Assembly: GCA_017625535.1 (NCBI GenBank)
Contig: JAGAKR010000029.1
Coordinates: 229-64,228 of the forward strand
Origin: Bacteroidales bacterium
GTDB taxonomy: Bacteria; Bacteroidota; Bacteroidia; Bacteroidales; UBA932
Reading direction: 5' to 3'
DNA: 64,000 nt
The notes beneath the pieces were generated by a model that searched no databases, was not told the DNA's origin, and saw nothing but the letters and a program-made list of their open reading frames with translations. The translations under genes were made by a program, and so were the position numbers. Positions 1-9,786 of this stretch are shown in pieces; the first letter of the stretch is position 1, and every line of letters begins with the position of its first letter.

Positions 1-35
1 TCCGGAACCCTTTTGAGCGGAAAACGAGGCTCGAG
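1..35 (-). repeat. Direct repeat copy A: duplicate of the tRNA-Gly 3' end plus its downstream flank (partner 150..184), truncated by the window edge
   Basis: tccggaacccttttgagcggaaaacgaggctcga is identical at 1..34/35 and 150..183/184. After that the two copies diverge (gcccgcagc versus actcgcgacc). Confidence 0.8.
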
Positions 36-149
36 CCCGCAGCTGACGCTGCGGCCAGCTCGCGCTTTTCCCACACCTCCCCAACCCTCCTCAAGGAGGG
101 GGTACGGGGTCGCTCGTCCGAGCCTCTACGCAAAAAGGGTCCCGGATAT

Positions 150-237
<88 letters not shown>

Positions 238-246
238 ATGTTTCAT

Positions 247-335
247 TGGTGCTCGGGACGGGAATCGAACCCGTACGGGCATTTCTGCCCACGGGATTTT
301 AAGTCCCGCGTGTCTACCTATTCCACCACCTGAGC
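247..335 (-). tRNA. tRNA-Leu (anticodon TAA), class II with long variable arm
   Basis: The reverse complement reads GCTCAGGTGGTGGAATAGGTAGACACGCGGGACTTAAAATCCCGTGGGCAGAAATGCCCGTACGGGTTCGATTCCCGTCCCGAGCACCA. The anticodon loop is CTTAAAA, the variable arm forms the hairpin GGGCA-GAAA-TGCCC, and CCA is encoded. There is one A:C mismatch at acceptor pair 5:68. Confidence 0.9.
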
Positions 336-349
336 CAATGAACGGACTG

Positions 350-357
350 CAAAGATA
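350..357 (-). promoter_or_regulatory. Bacteroides-type -7 box (TATCTTTG) upstream of the tRNA-Leu/tRNA-Gly pair
   Basis: Plus-strand caaagata is TATCTTTG on the minus strand and matches TAnnTTTG. It lies 15 nt upstream of the tRNA-Leu 5' end. Confidence 0.5.
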
Positions 358-385
358 ACAATAGTTTTCAAATCCCCAACCCATA

Positions 386-419
386 AAAGAAAAAAGGTTG
401 TCAGTTTCCCGACAACCTT
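386..419 (-). terminator. Rho-independent terminator after the SusD-like gene
   Basis: A perfect 9-bp stem (aaggttgtc / gacaacctt) carries an 8-nt loop. On the minus strand it is followed by a T-rich run. Confidence 0.7.
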
Positions 420-440
420 TAATCTGAATTTAATCAATGA

Positions 441-1970
441 TTAACCTACGTATGCAGGGTAACCAGGGTTCTGCTGGGTTCTCAAAGTAGGATTTGAGTT
501 CAACTCGTCAGTAGAGATTGGAAGAACAATCTTATGGTAAGATTTGGTATCAATAACTTTGTCTCTATGAGGACAATCAATACCCATAATCTCGTCATTG
601 AACTCAATCTTCTCACCGTGACGTAGTCTGTCAAAATATCTCAAGCCTTCCTGGAAGAACTCTTTAGATTTCTCGTTAAGGATCATCTCAACAGTTACAG
701 TCTCAGCAGTAGCAGGCTCCAAGTTTGGAGAACGTTTTCTGATAGCGTTCAAGTACTCTGCAGCTTTTGAAGCATTGCCTGTAGCAAGTGCAGACTCTGC
801 AGCAATCAGATACATCTCTGAAAGACGGATAACTTTAACGTTACAAGCAGCGCAGTCATCTTTACCGTCACCTGGCATATCAACGCCACCAAAGTATTTG
901 TATGAACAACCAAGTCTGTCACCTTTACCTGCAAACTCCTCATCGTCATAAGACTCACTGTTCTCATCGTATGCCATAACGCCCCATCTTACATCATCAG
1001 GGTCCTCATTCATTCTCTCCAACCAGTAGTCTGAAGCAGCAAAGTAACCGCCAACTTTAGAACTGTAGTGGTGGATTCTTGAATAGTATGCACCAATTGA
1101 ACCGGTAGTAAGAGCATTCTCGTTAACAAGCATATACAACTCAAAGATAGACTCATCACCGAACTGTTTTGACCAAGAGTCAACCCACTCATCGTTTGAA
1201 TACAAGCTGTATTTGCCGCTGTTGATAACCTCTTCTGCCATCTCCAATGCTTTTGAGTGGTTGCCCATAGTCTGGTAAACTCTTGCAGCAATTGCCCTGT
1301 TTGCCCAGTATGTAGGATAGCCGTTAGTTGAAGTTGAAACAGTTTTGGTAATTGATTTTGCACCCTCTTCAAGGTCACTTAGAATCTGAGCATAGTTCTC
1401 AGCAACAGTTGCTCTGCCTGGCTGAGCCGATGCATCAAGAACCTCAAGTACATTTGGAACACCATAATCAGATGATGGATTGTACTGGGTATAAGGAAGA
1501 CCATAGATTCTTACAAGGTTGAAATAAACCAATGCCCTGATAGTATAAGCCTGGCCTTTCATGTTTCCGAAATCCTCTGAATTGTTAGGATCAGCCTCAA
1601 TTGCCTCAATGTTTGCAATAAGGTTGTTCACCTGAAGAAGCAAGTTGTAGCTTGTTGTCCAGAATCCAGAATAAGAACCACTTGAAGGCTGGTGGTTGAA
1701 TGAGTACAAAGCATCGCTGCCCCTACCCTGAGAGAAGATGGTAAGGTCACCACCTTTTGTATCTCCGTAAAGGAACAAGTTCACACCGTATAGATTTGAG
1801 CTAGACAAACGAGTCATAACTCCCGCCATGAACACTTCTGCATCTGCAGCAGTTTTGATGGCCTCGCTAGATTCCAACTGATTGGTTGGTTTCATATCCA
1901 GGAAGTCCTCACAAGAAGAGAATGCGAAGATTCCTAGAACTGCAACTAGAATTATAGATAATTTTTTCAT
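441..1970 (-). CDS. SusD/RagB-family outer-membrane nutrient-binding lipoprotein
   Basis: The 509-aa product starts at MKKLSIILVAVLGIFAFSSCEDF (lipobox SSC). The gene sits 20 nt downstream of a SusC-like gene. The sequence is helical and TPR-like, with SusD-typical segments such as RALVYFNLVRIYG and RKRSPNL. Confidence 0.9.
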   Translation of the reverse strand: MKKLSIILVAVLGIFAFSSCEDFLDMKPTNQLESSEAIKTAADAEVFMAGVMTRLSSSNLYGVNLFLYGDTKGGDLTIFSQGRGSDALYSFNHQPSSGSYSGFWTTSYNLLLQVNNLIANIEAIEADPNNSEDFGNMKGQAYTIRALVYFNLVRIYGLPYTQYNPSSDYGVPNVLEVLDASAQPGRATVAENYAQILSDLEEGAKSITKTVSTSTNGYPTYWANRAIAARVYQTMGNHSKALEMAEEVINSGKYSLYSNDEWVDSWSKQFGDESIFELYMLVNENALTTGSIGAYYSRIHHYSSKVGGYFAASDYWLERMNEDPDDVRWGVMAYDENSESYDDEEFAGKGDRLGCSYKYFGGVDMPGDGKDDCAACNVKVIRLSEMYLIAAESALATGNASKAAEYLNAIRKRSPNLEPATAETVTVEMILNEKSKEFFQEGLRYFDRLRHGEKIEFNDEIMGIDCPHRDKVIDTKSYHKIVLPISTDELNSNPTLRTQQNPGYPAYVG

Positions 1971-1990
1971 TGTATTAACCATGTTTTAAA

Positions 1991-4900
1991 TTAGAATGAT
2001 AGCTCAAGACCAAATGTGAATGTCTTGCCGAATGGGGTCTCCCAACCTCTTGTACCGTAAGCATTAACCTCTGGGTCTGCCATTGTGTAGTTAGCCCAAG
2101 TAAGAAGGTTTGTACCGCTGAAGTAAACGCGTGCATTGCTCAAACCTGCTTTCTTAACCAAAGGCTGAGGAATAGTGTAACCTACAGAAACGGTCTTCAG
2201 TCTCAAGAAACTTGCATCGTACATCATACGGCCAGAATCCTGCATAGCGTCTGTAAGGTCGGTACCTCTAACCTGACCAACCAATGTAACATCACCTGGC
2301 TGTTTCCATCTGTTGTCAACAGCATACTGTGATCTTGTTCTCTCCCAGTAGTAACCGTCATCGTTGATGTCCTTCTGTGCACCGTCGTACAATTTACCGC
2401 CAATCTTGTAGATGAAGTTCAAACCAAGGCTCAAACCTTTCCAAGAAATGCTTGTATTGAAACCACCGTATACTTTAGGAGTTACATCACCAAGGATAAC
2501 CTCAGTAGCCTCATCATAATCATAAACAACGTTTCTGCCATTCAAAGTAGCGTCGCTGTTGTTGTTGTTTGAGTAGTACCAGTTCTTACCTGTCTGAGGG
2601 TCGATACCTGCCCACTCATAACCGAACAATGCCAACATAGACTCACCCTCTCTATAGATGTACTGTGCTCTTGAGTCACCACCTGTAGGATCATACCATC
2701 TGATGTCCTGACCTCCGTAAAGTTTGGTAACCTCAGATTTCATCATGGTTGCAGTAATGCTTGCATCCCAAGTGAAGTCTTTCTTTCTGATAATGTCACC
2801 GCCAATCTCAATCTCTACACCGTGGTTGTTAACCTCTCCAACATTCTTAAGAGTTGAGCTGAAACCTGTTACAGTTGAAATTGGAACGTCCTGCAACAAA
2901 TCTTTTGAATCTCTGTTGAAGTACTCGATTGTAGTGTAAAGTCTCTGATCCCAGAAACCTGCCTCAACAGCGATGTTTGTATTGTATGAAGTCTCCCATG
3001 ACAAGTTTGAATCAGCAACTGTGCTTAGGATAGCACCTGGATTCTGGTTGTAAGGGCTGCCGAATGAAGCCAAAGATCTCCAGCCGTAGTTGTTTGAAGG
3101 AAGGGTACCGTTGATACCGTATGATGCCCTTAGTCTCAAGTTGGAAATCCACTCAACATCCTTAAGGAATGCCTCGTTGTTGATTTTCCAAGAACCTGCA
3201 ACTGACCAGAAGTCACCCCAACGTGCATCCTCGCTTAGTCTTGAAGAACCGTCACGTCTGTATGAAGCAGATACATAATATCTTCCGTCGTAGTTGTACT
3301 CAGCCTTTGAAAGGATTGAAACCATTGAGTTGCCCCAGCTGTAAGCAGAAGCGTCAAGGATACCTGCAGTTGCAACTGTAGGAAGTGAAGATGAAGGAAG
3401 GTTAGAACCAGTTGATCTCTGGAAATCTGTCTCATTCTTCTCAGCCTCAAAACCTGCCAATACGTTCAAGCTGTGTTTCTCACCAAAGTCTTTAACGTAG
3501 TTCAAAGTGGTTGAAGATACAAGTTTGTAGCTGTTTGTAGACATCTCGTGAACCTTACCGTTGTCAGATGAACCGTTGAAGTGGTTTGCACTGTAGTAGA
3601 TATGGTCTTTGGTATCTGTGTAGTCGTATGAGAAAATTGATTTTGCAGTCAACTCTGGAAGGATGTGGATAGTGAGGGTCTCACTTCCCTGCATCTTGAA
3701 GGTCTTAGCAAAGTTGTCCCACTCGTTTGTGTAGTACAATGCGTTGTATGCGTATGAACCGTAACGTGCAGTCCAAGGCTCACCGGTCTTGTAATCGGTT
3801 GGCCAATATGTTCCCCACAACAAGTTTCTTGTCTGAAGGTAGTAGTTTGAACCAAGGTTACGTGTATCGTTGAAACCTGAACGGTCTGTATGTGCAATGT
3901 TGATGTTTGTTGCAAACTCAACTGCATTTCCTATCTTCTGGTTCAAGTTAACGCGTGCAGAAATACGCTGGAACTCATTCTCCTGTACCCTACCTTTATC
4001 TTTGGTATATGACAAAGATGAGTAGTAAGAAGTCTTCTCTGAACCACCGCTCACTGAAATGTCGTAAGTCTGGAATACAGCGGTCTTGAGTAATGCATCC
4101 TCCCAGTCAAAGAAGTGGTCAGCTCTCTCAGCCAATCTCTTCTGCTGCTCAGGATCACTTGCATCAACAGTTGTGATGTTCAATTTGTCGTATCTGCCAG
4201 TACCTGCAGAAGTGATCTTGTAACCGTGTTTGTTGAACTTGTTGTTCAAAGTTTTAAGAGCATATGCATTTCTCTCTACATCATCATCACCTCCGATATC
4301 GTGGAACACCTCATATAGATACTCCATATTTCCGTAAGTGTCAGCAACCTCGTAGTTGTTTGTAGCGAATGATGGAGTGAAACCCCAAGAAGCCTTCAAG
4401 GTAACGGTTGGTTTTCCGATTTTACCTCTCTTGGTTGTAATCATTACAACTCCGTTTGCAGCACGTGAACCGTAAAGTGAAGAGGCAGCAGCATCTTTCA
4501 ATACTGTAATACTCTCAATGTCACTTGGGTTAAGGGTACTCATAACGTTGTTTGTAGAGTAAGTGTATGAACTTGACTGTCCAACATCACCTGAAGTTAC
4601 AGGAACACCGTCAATTACATACAAAGGCTCGTTTGAAGCGTTCATTGAACCGATACCGCGGATACGGATCTCAGCAGCAGAACCTGCCTGGCCTGAAGAC
4701 TGGGTAATCTGGAGACCGGCAACTTTACCGTTCAATGCACTCTCAAATGAAACTGAAGGAACGTCTTTGATTGCATCAGCCTTAACCAAAGAAGCTGCAC
4801 CGGTATAAGTACCTTTCTTTGCTGTACCGTAGGCAACAACCATAACGTCGTCCAACATAACGGCGTCAGCCTTAAGCATTACGTCCAACTGAGTCCTGCC

Positions 4901-5152
4901 GTTTACAACCAATTGCTGGGTTGTAAAACCTACAGATGAATAGATCAGGGTAGCATCCGCAGGAACTTCAATAACATAATTACCGTCAATGTCAGTTGAA
5001 GTACCATTATTGGTTCCCTGTTGCAATACATAGGCACCAATAATCGGCATTCCGTCTTCCGAGCCAATTACCGTACCTTTAACAGTAATTGTCTGCGCCA
5101 GCATCATAGTAGAACATAATGCAAAAAGCGCAAATAGAATAACTTTTTTCAT
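1991..5152 (-). CDS. SusC-family TonB-dependent outer-membrane transporter
   Basis: The start was chosen at MKKVILFALFALCSTMMLAQ (ATG at 5152). It has an N-terminal carboxypeptidase-regulatory-like domain (ITVKGTVIGSEDGMPIIGAYV) and a TonB box (DDVMVVAYGT). A plug and barrel follow, and the protein ends ...TFGLELSF. No STN/anti-sigma domain was seen. Confidence 0.93.
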   Translation of the reverse strand: MKKVILFALFALCSTMMLAQTITVKGTVIGSEDGMPIIGAYVLQQGTNNGTSTDIDGNYVIEVPADATLIYSSVGFTTQQLVVNGRTQLDVMLKADAVMLDDVMVVAYGTAKKGTYTGAASLVKADAIKDVPSVSFESALNGKVAGLQITQSSGQAGSAAEIRIRGIGSMNASNEPLYVIDGVPVTSGDVGQSSSYTYSTNNVMSTLNPSDIESITVLKDAAASSLYGSRAANGVVMITTKRGKIGKPTVTLKASWGFTPSFATNNYEVADTYGNMEYLYEVFHDIGGDDDVERNAYALKTLNNKFNKHGYKITSAGTGRYDKLNITTVDASDPEQQKRLAERADHFFDWEDALLKTAVFQTYDISVSGGSEKTSYYSSLSYTKDKGRVQENEFQRISARVNLNQKIGNAVEFATNINIAHTDRSGFNDTRNLGSNYYLQTRNLLWGTYWPTDYKTGEPWTARYGSYAYNALYYTNEWDNFAKTFKMQGSETLTIHILPELTAKSIFSYDYTDTKDHIYYSANHFNGSSDNGKVHEMSTNSYKLVSSTTLNYVKDFGEKHSLNVLAGFEAEKNETDFQRSTGSNLPSSSLPTVATAGILDASAYSWGNSMVSILSKAEYNYDGRYYVSASYRRDGSSRLSEDARWGDFWSVAGSWKINNEAFLKDVEWISNLRLRASYGINGTLPSNNYGWRSLASFGSPYNQNPGAILSTVADSNLSWETSYNTNIAVEAGFWDQRLYTTIEYFNRDSKDLLQDVPISTVTGFSSTLKNVGEVNNHGVEIEIGGDIIRKKDFTWDASITATMMKSEVTKLYGGQDIRWYDPTGGDSRAQYIYREGESMLALFGYEWAGIDPQTGKNWYYSNNNNSDATLNGRNVVYDYDEATEVILGDVTPKVYGGFNTSISWKGLSLGLNFIYKIGGKLYDGAQKDINDDGYYWERTRSQYAVDNRWKQPGDVTLVGQVRGTDLTDAMQDSGRMMYDASFLRLKTVSVGYTIPQPLVKKAGLSNARVYFSGTNLLTWANYTMADPEVNAYGTRGWETPFGKTFTFGLELSF

Positions 5153-5221
5153 TAGATTATTTTTAAGTGTGTTAATTGTGTGAGTTTGTTCTTTTCCGTG
5201 CATACACTCCAGTATGCTTTA

Positions 5222-5229
5222 CAAATATA
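5222..5229 (-). promoter_or_regulatory. -7 box TATATTTG upstream of the SusC-like gene
   Basis: Plus-strand caaatata matches TAnnTTTG on the minus strand, 70 nt upstream of the ATG at 5152. Confidence 0.45.
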
Positions 5230-5336
5230 ATACTTTTTCTACAACAGCAATGCATATCGCCTTCTTTTATACCAAAAATTTAGCCTCTGCACCCTTTAAA
5301 AGTGAAAATTATATCTTTTTCAAATTGTAAGTGCAA

Positions 5337-5365
5337 TAAAAAAAGGCCCACTCTAAATGGGCCTT
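5337..5365 (-). terminator. Rho-independent terminator after the OstA-like gene
   Basis: The stem aggccca / tgggcct has a 7-nt loop and is followed on the minus strand by 7 T. Confidence 0.75.
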
Positions 5366-5384
5366 CGGGTATATTGGTTCAGTT

Positions 5385-7313
5385 TTATTCCTTGTATTTT
5401 AAAATATGCTCCCTATATTCCATTATCGGAGGTGCGGCATCCGGAAAATACTTGTGGGTATAGATGAATTCCGGAAGTTCCATTCCCTGTATCTCTTCCC
5501 GTCTGCTCTCCCTTATCCCCCTTGTAACAACTTCAAACCTGGTTGCAGGCCTCTCTCTGCCACGCCACTCAAACCCCTTCAGGCGCTGGTTTTCCAGCGG
5601 AAGGTTATATACAGGAAAAACATTCTGCTTCAGGTCTCCAATGGAGCGGGTCCTCTGTATCTCATTGTTGCGGATTCTTGCAGTGAGCATCTTGCACTCC
5701 TCCTGGTCCATAAGGGTTATTGTACTGTCCTCCTCCATATAGAAGATTGCAGAAACACCTCCAAGTGCATCAAACCTGTAAAGTTCATTATTGCTGAAAT
5801 ACGCCGCCATTTCCGAGGCCTTTATCTGGTTATAATGGATTGTATCCTCCTGTACAGCAATAAATGCGTTAGAGAGGAGATTGACCTTATCCAGCTGCCT
5901 GTTCTTCATTACCCCCTGTATGCTGTCTGCAGCAAACTGGTTTATACCGTTATACCACATTACCGGACGGCCGTAGAATCTTGCCATTGAATCCAGACCT
6001 GTATATACCAGGCTGTCGCACAACCCCTGGATGTCACTTCTATGGAATTTCACATTATGGTATGCATCAATGAATGCCACTCCCGACGTATCTTTCACTG
6101 TCTGGAGTGAATCTGCAGGAGGAACAATTTCTGCAGCGGCAAGAGTGTCAGCCTTCGCCTCAGGAGCGGGAGCCTGAACCGGTGCAGGCGCATCCCCCTT
6201 CTTTTTGCGCAATGCCTTGCGTTCTTCATCGTGGATTGCTATGGGATCCACATTGGAAAGTTTCAATCTTTCAGAAGCCTGTACAATGGAATTGCTGTCC
6301 ACTTCATACATCTTTATTGTACGGTATAGGATTGTATCAGCAGCAAGGAAAAGGGTATCGGGCCTGTCATTCTCCATTGAATACATTCCTACAGATGGAT
6401 TTGCCGTAAGTTCTATCTCACTCTTTGCCGGACGGTACGCAACCTTGTCTGCCATACAGATGGACGACTGCACAGTATCAAGTATCTGCACATTGTTGTA
6501 AAGGTCTGCATCCCCGGTATTCCTGTAATACTCCATGAGATCTGCCCATAGTTCCTGCTCCTTTGTGAGGATATAACCGTCTTTGTTGAAAATGAACAGG
6601 TTCTGCGGCCTTTTGTACCTTCCGGAATTGGCATACAGAATATTCTCATTCCTCCAGGCCACTGTATTCTCATTGAATATCACCTCATCTGTCTGGGTAA
6701 GGTAATCCACCTGAAGGGAAGATATGATTACTGAATCGGTGAATATCTGCACATTGTCTTCAAATGTGAACTTCTTCTCCGCTGCAGTATAGGTTCCGTT
6801 GTCGCTCTCCATTATCTTGCCGTCATTGCTCTTCATTGAGGCCCCAAAGTAGAAAGTGGCAATACTGTCTCTTGTATTGTAGTTCAGGTAATTGGTATTG
6901 AGTATATTCCCCTCTTTGTCATACAATTCAACCAATGAACCGCGGAACATTGCAAGATTGGCAGGAATGTCATATTTCAGGCTGTCGCTTGTAAGCATAG
7001 TGTTCTCCTGAATTATCTCCACGTTTCCTACAGCATCAATTATGTTGGCATTCACATTCCATAGGGCAGTGTCACACTTCAGATAAGTGTTGTTGTGGAG
7101 AAATGTTGCGGGCCCTATCACTTTTCGGTACGACACGCTGTCTATCTCCATAAGATGGGCGGATACAGCCTCCACAAGGCGTATCAAAGAATCAGCACTC
7201 TCCTTGTTCTGGGTATGGCCCAAAACAGAAAAGTGCATGAAACATAAGAGTATGAATATAGATCTATTTAATCCAGCCTTCACGTTCAAAATTGCATTGT
7301 TTGAAGAGGTCAT
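5385..7313 (-). CDS. OstA-like (LptA/LptD N-terminal-domain-like) repeat protein with signal peptide
   Basis: The 642-aa product has repeated beta-jellyroll-like segments (LKCDTALWNVNANIIDAVGNVEI, FTFEDNVQIFTD, ...) split by a Pro/Ala-rich linker (APAPVQAPAPEAKA). It overlaps the upstream SurA-like gene by 50 nt. Confidence 0.65.
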   Translation of the reverse strand: MTSSNNAILNVKAGLNRSIFILLCFMHFSVLGHTQNKESADSLIRLVEAVSAHLMEIDSVSYRKVIGPATFLHNNTYLKCDTALWNVNANIIDAVGNVEIIQENTMLTSDSLKYDIPANLAMFRGSLVELYDKEGNILNTNYLNYNTRDSIATFYFGASMKSNDGKIMESDNGTYTAAEKKFTFEDNVQIFTDSVIISSLQVDYLTQTDEVIFNENTVAWRNENILYANSGRYKRPQNLFIFNKDGYILTKEQELWADLMEYYRNTGDADLYNNVQILDTVQSSICMADKVAYRPAKSEIELTANPSVGMYSMENDRPDTLFLAADTILYRTIKMYEVDSNSIVQASERLKLSNVDPIAIHDEERKALRKKKGDAPAPVQAPAPEAKADTLAAAEIVPPADSLQTVKDTSGVAFIDAYHNVKFHRSDIQGLCDSLVYTGLDSMARFYGRPVMWYNGINQFAADSIQGVMKNRQLDKVNLLSNAFIAVQEDTIHYNQIKASEMAAYFSNNELYRFDALGGVSAIFYMEEDSTITLMDQEECKMLTARIRNNEIQRTRSIGDLKQNVFPVYNLPLENQRLKGFEWRGRERPATRFEVVTRGIRESRREEIQGMELPEFIYTHKYFPDAAPPIMEYREHILKYKE

Positions 7314-8628
7314 CCAATTTTATGTATGTGATGGCCTGCTTCTCTTTTATGAAATTGTCTATTGCCTTCTGCTGCCTGTCTGAATTTGCAATGTTCAGTA
7401 TCACTTCAAAATCATCCTTGAATGTTGCAGTATGGGATGGAATGATCTTTTCAAGCCTCAAAATCTTGTAGATGGTGTTTCCGCTCCTGCCCTCATTGTC
7501 TGTAGACTCAAACGGCTCGGATATCTCACCCTCCTTCATATCCTTTATCACAGAGTAGTCGGCCGGCTTCAGAAGGTCTTTCTCAAACAGAGTTGAACCT
7601 GTATTCTCATCTGCCATAAGTCCGCCGCTTACTGCAGATTTGGGATCCTCTGAGTTTATTCTTGCAGCCAGTTCAAATGATATGCTGTCTGCCTCAATCT
7701 TTGTCTTGAGGCTGTCCAACTTGTTGAAAGCCTTTATTCTGTCTTCAGAAGTATATTTTGGCTTCAGAAGAATATGCCTTGCATTGAACATCTCGCCATC
7801 CTTCTCAATCATCTGTATGAGGTGAAGGCCGTCGGGAGTCTCAACAATCTGCGAAATCTGTCCGTTCTTGAGTGCCATTGCAGCATCTGAGAATTGTGGC
7901 CAGAAGATGTTTTTTGATGCCATTCCAAGTTCGCCACCCTTTATTGCACTGCCCGGGTCTTCTGAGTACAGGGTTGCCAATGTGCTGAATTTCTCCCCTT
8001 TGAGAATCCTTTCCCTGAAACTGAGCAATCTCTCTTTTGCTGCCAGTTTTGCACTGTTCTGGTCTGGGTAAAGGACAATCTGGCTTATCCTGTACTGTGT
8101 GGAAATTATCGGGAGATCACTCTCATCTGCCTGTTTGTAGAACTTCTCCACTTCAGATGGGGTTGCCTGGCCTGCACCACGCATCACTTCCTGCTGCATC
8201 TGCTGGATGAGGCTCTGCTCCCTCAGCATATCCCTCCACTCCTCTTTCAATTTGTGGATAGGTTTCTTGAAATACTCCTCAACCTCCTTCTCACCGCCCA
8301 ATTGGGTAAGTACAGTACTCAGCCTCTGCTGCAGGTCCATCTCCACATTGTCTTCTCCCACCTCAAGGCTGTCGAGACGTGCCTGGTTGAGGAACAACTT
8401 GTGTTCCATTATGTTTTCCAGCATCTGGCAACGTGTGTTCCTGTCTGTACCCTGTCCCTGTGCCGCCATAACCTGAATCTCCGCCTCAAGTTGTGAAAGG
8501 AATATGGCTTCATTGCCTATAAGTGCTATTGTCTTGTCTGCCAAACCGTTTTCATACCTCTGTGCGCTGAGTGTCACAGGCATGACCATCAGAACCGCCA
8601 CTATGACTCCACTAAGAATCCTTCTCAT
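7264..8628 (-). CDS. SurA-like periplasmic chaperone / parvulin-type peptidyl-prolyl isomerase
   Basis: The 454-aa product has a signal peptide and two parvulin-like segments (YRISQIVL...GGELG... and ARHILLKP...SGGLM...). Confidence 0.85.
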   Translation of the reverse strand: MRRILSGVIVAVLMVMPVTLSAQRYENGLADKTIALIGNEAIFLSQLEAEIQVMAAQGQGTDRNTRCQMLENIMEHKLFLNQARLDSLEVGEDNVEMDLQQRLSTVLTQLGGEKEVEEYFKKPIHKLKEEWRDMLREQSLIQQMQQEVMRGAGQATPSEVEKFYKQADESDLPIISTQYRISQIVLYPDQNSAKLAAKERLLSFRERILKGEKFSTLATLYSEDPGSAIKGGELGMASKNIFWPQFSDAAMALKNGQISQIVETPDGLHLIQMIEKDGEMFNARHILLKPKYTSEDRIKAFNKLDSLKTKIEADSISFELAARINSEDPKSAVSGGLMADENTGSTLFEKDLLKPADYSVIKDMKEGEISEPFESTDNEGRSGNTIYKILRLEKIIPSHTATFKDDFEVILNIANSDRQQKAIDNFIKEKQAITYIKLDDLFKQCNFEREGWIK

Positions 8629-9481
8629 CTTCTGTAATTTTTAATTTATTGTTGTTAAGTGCATCGTTAAGGATATCCCGCTGTAAATTGGACAGGAGTT
8701 CCTGTTTCCTTCTGCTTATAATGATTTCCTTTATTTTCTCGCTGTTATACTCAAACGGGGTAAGTTCTCCGGGTGCCACATAATCCAGCACCTGCAGTAT
8801 ATTTGTGTATACGGTGTCCTTCACCTCCACAACCCCCTTGTTCTTGGCCATAAGTTGCTGCAACTCCTCCAGCGGTGCGCCGGTCTCCTTGGCAACTATG
8901 TTCAGGTCTACCCAATTATGGTTGTAATTGCTGTATTTGTATGCAGAATTATATGCCAACTGCTCAAGTTCCTCAAGCTCCTCTATCTCCCTCCCTTGCG
9001 CAAGTTTCATCATAACCTGCAGATTTGGGGAACTGTTCTGCATTTTTACCAGACTCCCCTTGAACACACCGTTCCTCCCCACAAAACTCTCCGGGTGTGC
9101 GTTATAATACTCTTCCCTCTCCTGCAATGATACCAGTGTATCAAGCCTCTCCTCCACAAATTTGTTTTCATATCTGAAGACCAGCAGCTGTACCCTGTAG
9201 TCCTCCAACAGTTGTGCCACATCCTTATCCTGCTTTGGCAATTGTTCCTCCGCCTTCTGCAGCATAAGTTGCCTTATTGCCCAGGAATCTATGTATTGCC
9301 TTACAAGTGCAATACTGTCCTGTTTTGCCAGCCCCCTGGGGATGAATTTCTCTATGTCTGTCTTATATAATGCAGCCCTCCCGATCTGCGCAACCTTTTC
9401 CCCTTTTGTAACAGAGTCATAAAGGGTACAGGAGCAAACAAGAAGAGCTGCAATTATTATACAAACAAATTTGTTCATCAA
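8612..9481 (-). CDS. SurA N-terminal-domain-like lipoprotein (chaperone-like, no clear parvulin domain)
   Basis: The 289-aa product has the lipobox LLVCSC. It is helical and sits in the same operon as the SurA-like gene, overlapping it by 17 nt. Confidence 0.55.
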   Translation of the reverse strand: MMNKFVCIIIAALLVCSCTLYDSVTKGEKVAQIGRAALYKTDIEKFIPRGLAKQDSIALVRQYIDSWAIRQLMLQKAEEQLPKQDKDVAQLLEDYRVQLLVFRYENKFVEERLDTLVSLQEREEYYNAHPESFVGRNGVFKGSLVKMQNSSPNLQVMMKLAQGREIEELEELEQLAYNSAYKYSNYNHNWVDLNIVAKETGAPLEELQQLMAKNKGVVEVKDTVYTNILQVLDYVAPGELTPFEYNSEKIKEIIISRRKQELLSNLQRDILNDALNNNKLKITEDEKDS

Positions 9482-9491
9482 AAAGGTATGG

Positions 9492-9764
9492 TTACTTTGT
9501 AAGGGCGCTCAATCTTACAAACAAAGCATCAACACCCTCAAGAAGTTTCTGGTTCAAAGCCTTGAAATGCTTCTTTGCCTCATCTTTAGGGTAATGGTTT
9601 ATCTGCTCAAAGATATTGTCACCCAACTCAACTGCATCCGCTACAATTTTCTTTGCCTCATCCAGGTTCTTCTCGCCATTCATGTACATGTATACCCAGC
9701 AATCAGAAATTACCTCATTGATAAGGAAAATAACATCTTTTTTAAATACTCTTAAGTTTGCCAT
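9492..9764 (-). CDS. Small conserved-looking helical hypothetical protein
   Basis: The 90-aa ORF runs co-directionally with its neighbours and lies 10 nt upstream of the next gene. I recognise no motif. Confidence 0.5.
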   Translation of the reverse strand: MANLRVFKKDVIFLINEVISDCWVYMYMNGEKNLDEAKKIVADAVELGDNIFEQINHYPKDEAKKHFKALNQKLLEGVDALFVRLSALTK

Positions 9765-9786
9765 TTCTATCTTGTTTTAAAATGTT

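Noticed and set aside
5153-5203. N-terminal extensions in the ORF track, with similar cases at 1971..1982, 12196..12264, 21786..21845, 21924..21962, 27069..27098, 41823..41855, 42970..42996, 43020..43052, 53946..53972 and 58819..58932
   Set aside because: In each case an internal ATG immediately precedes a signal peptide, lipobox or conserved N-terminus. In several cases a TAnnTTTG promoter box lies inside the extension. The shorter gene models were therefore used.
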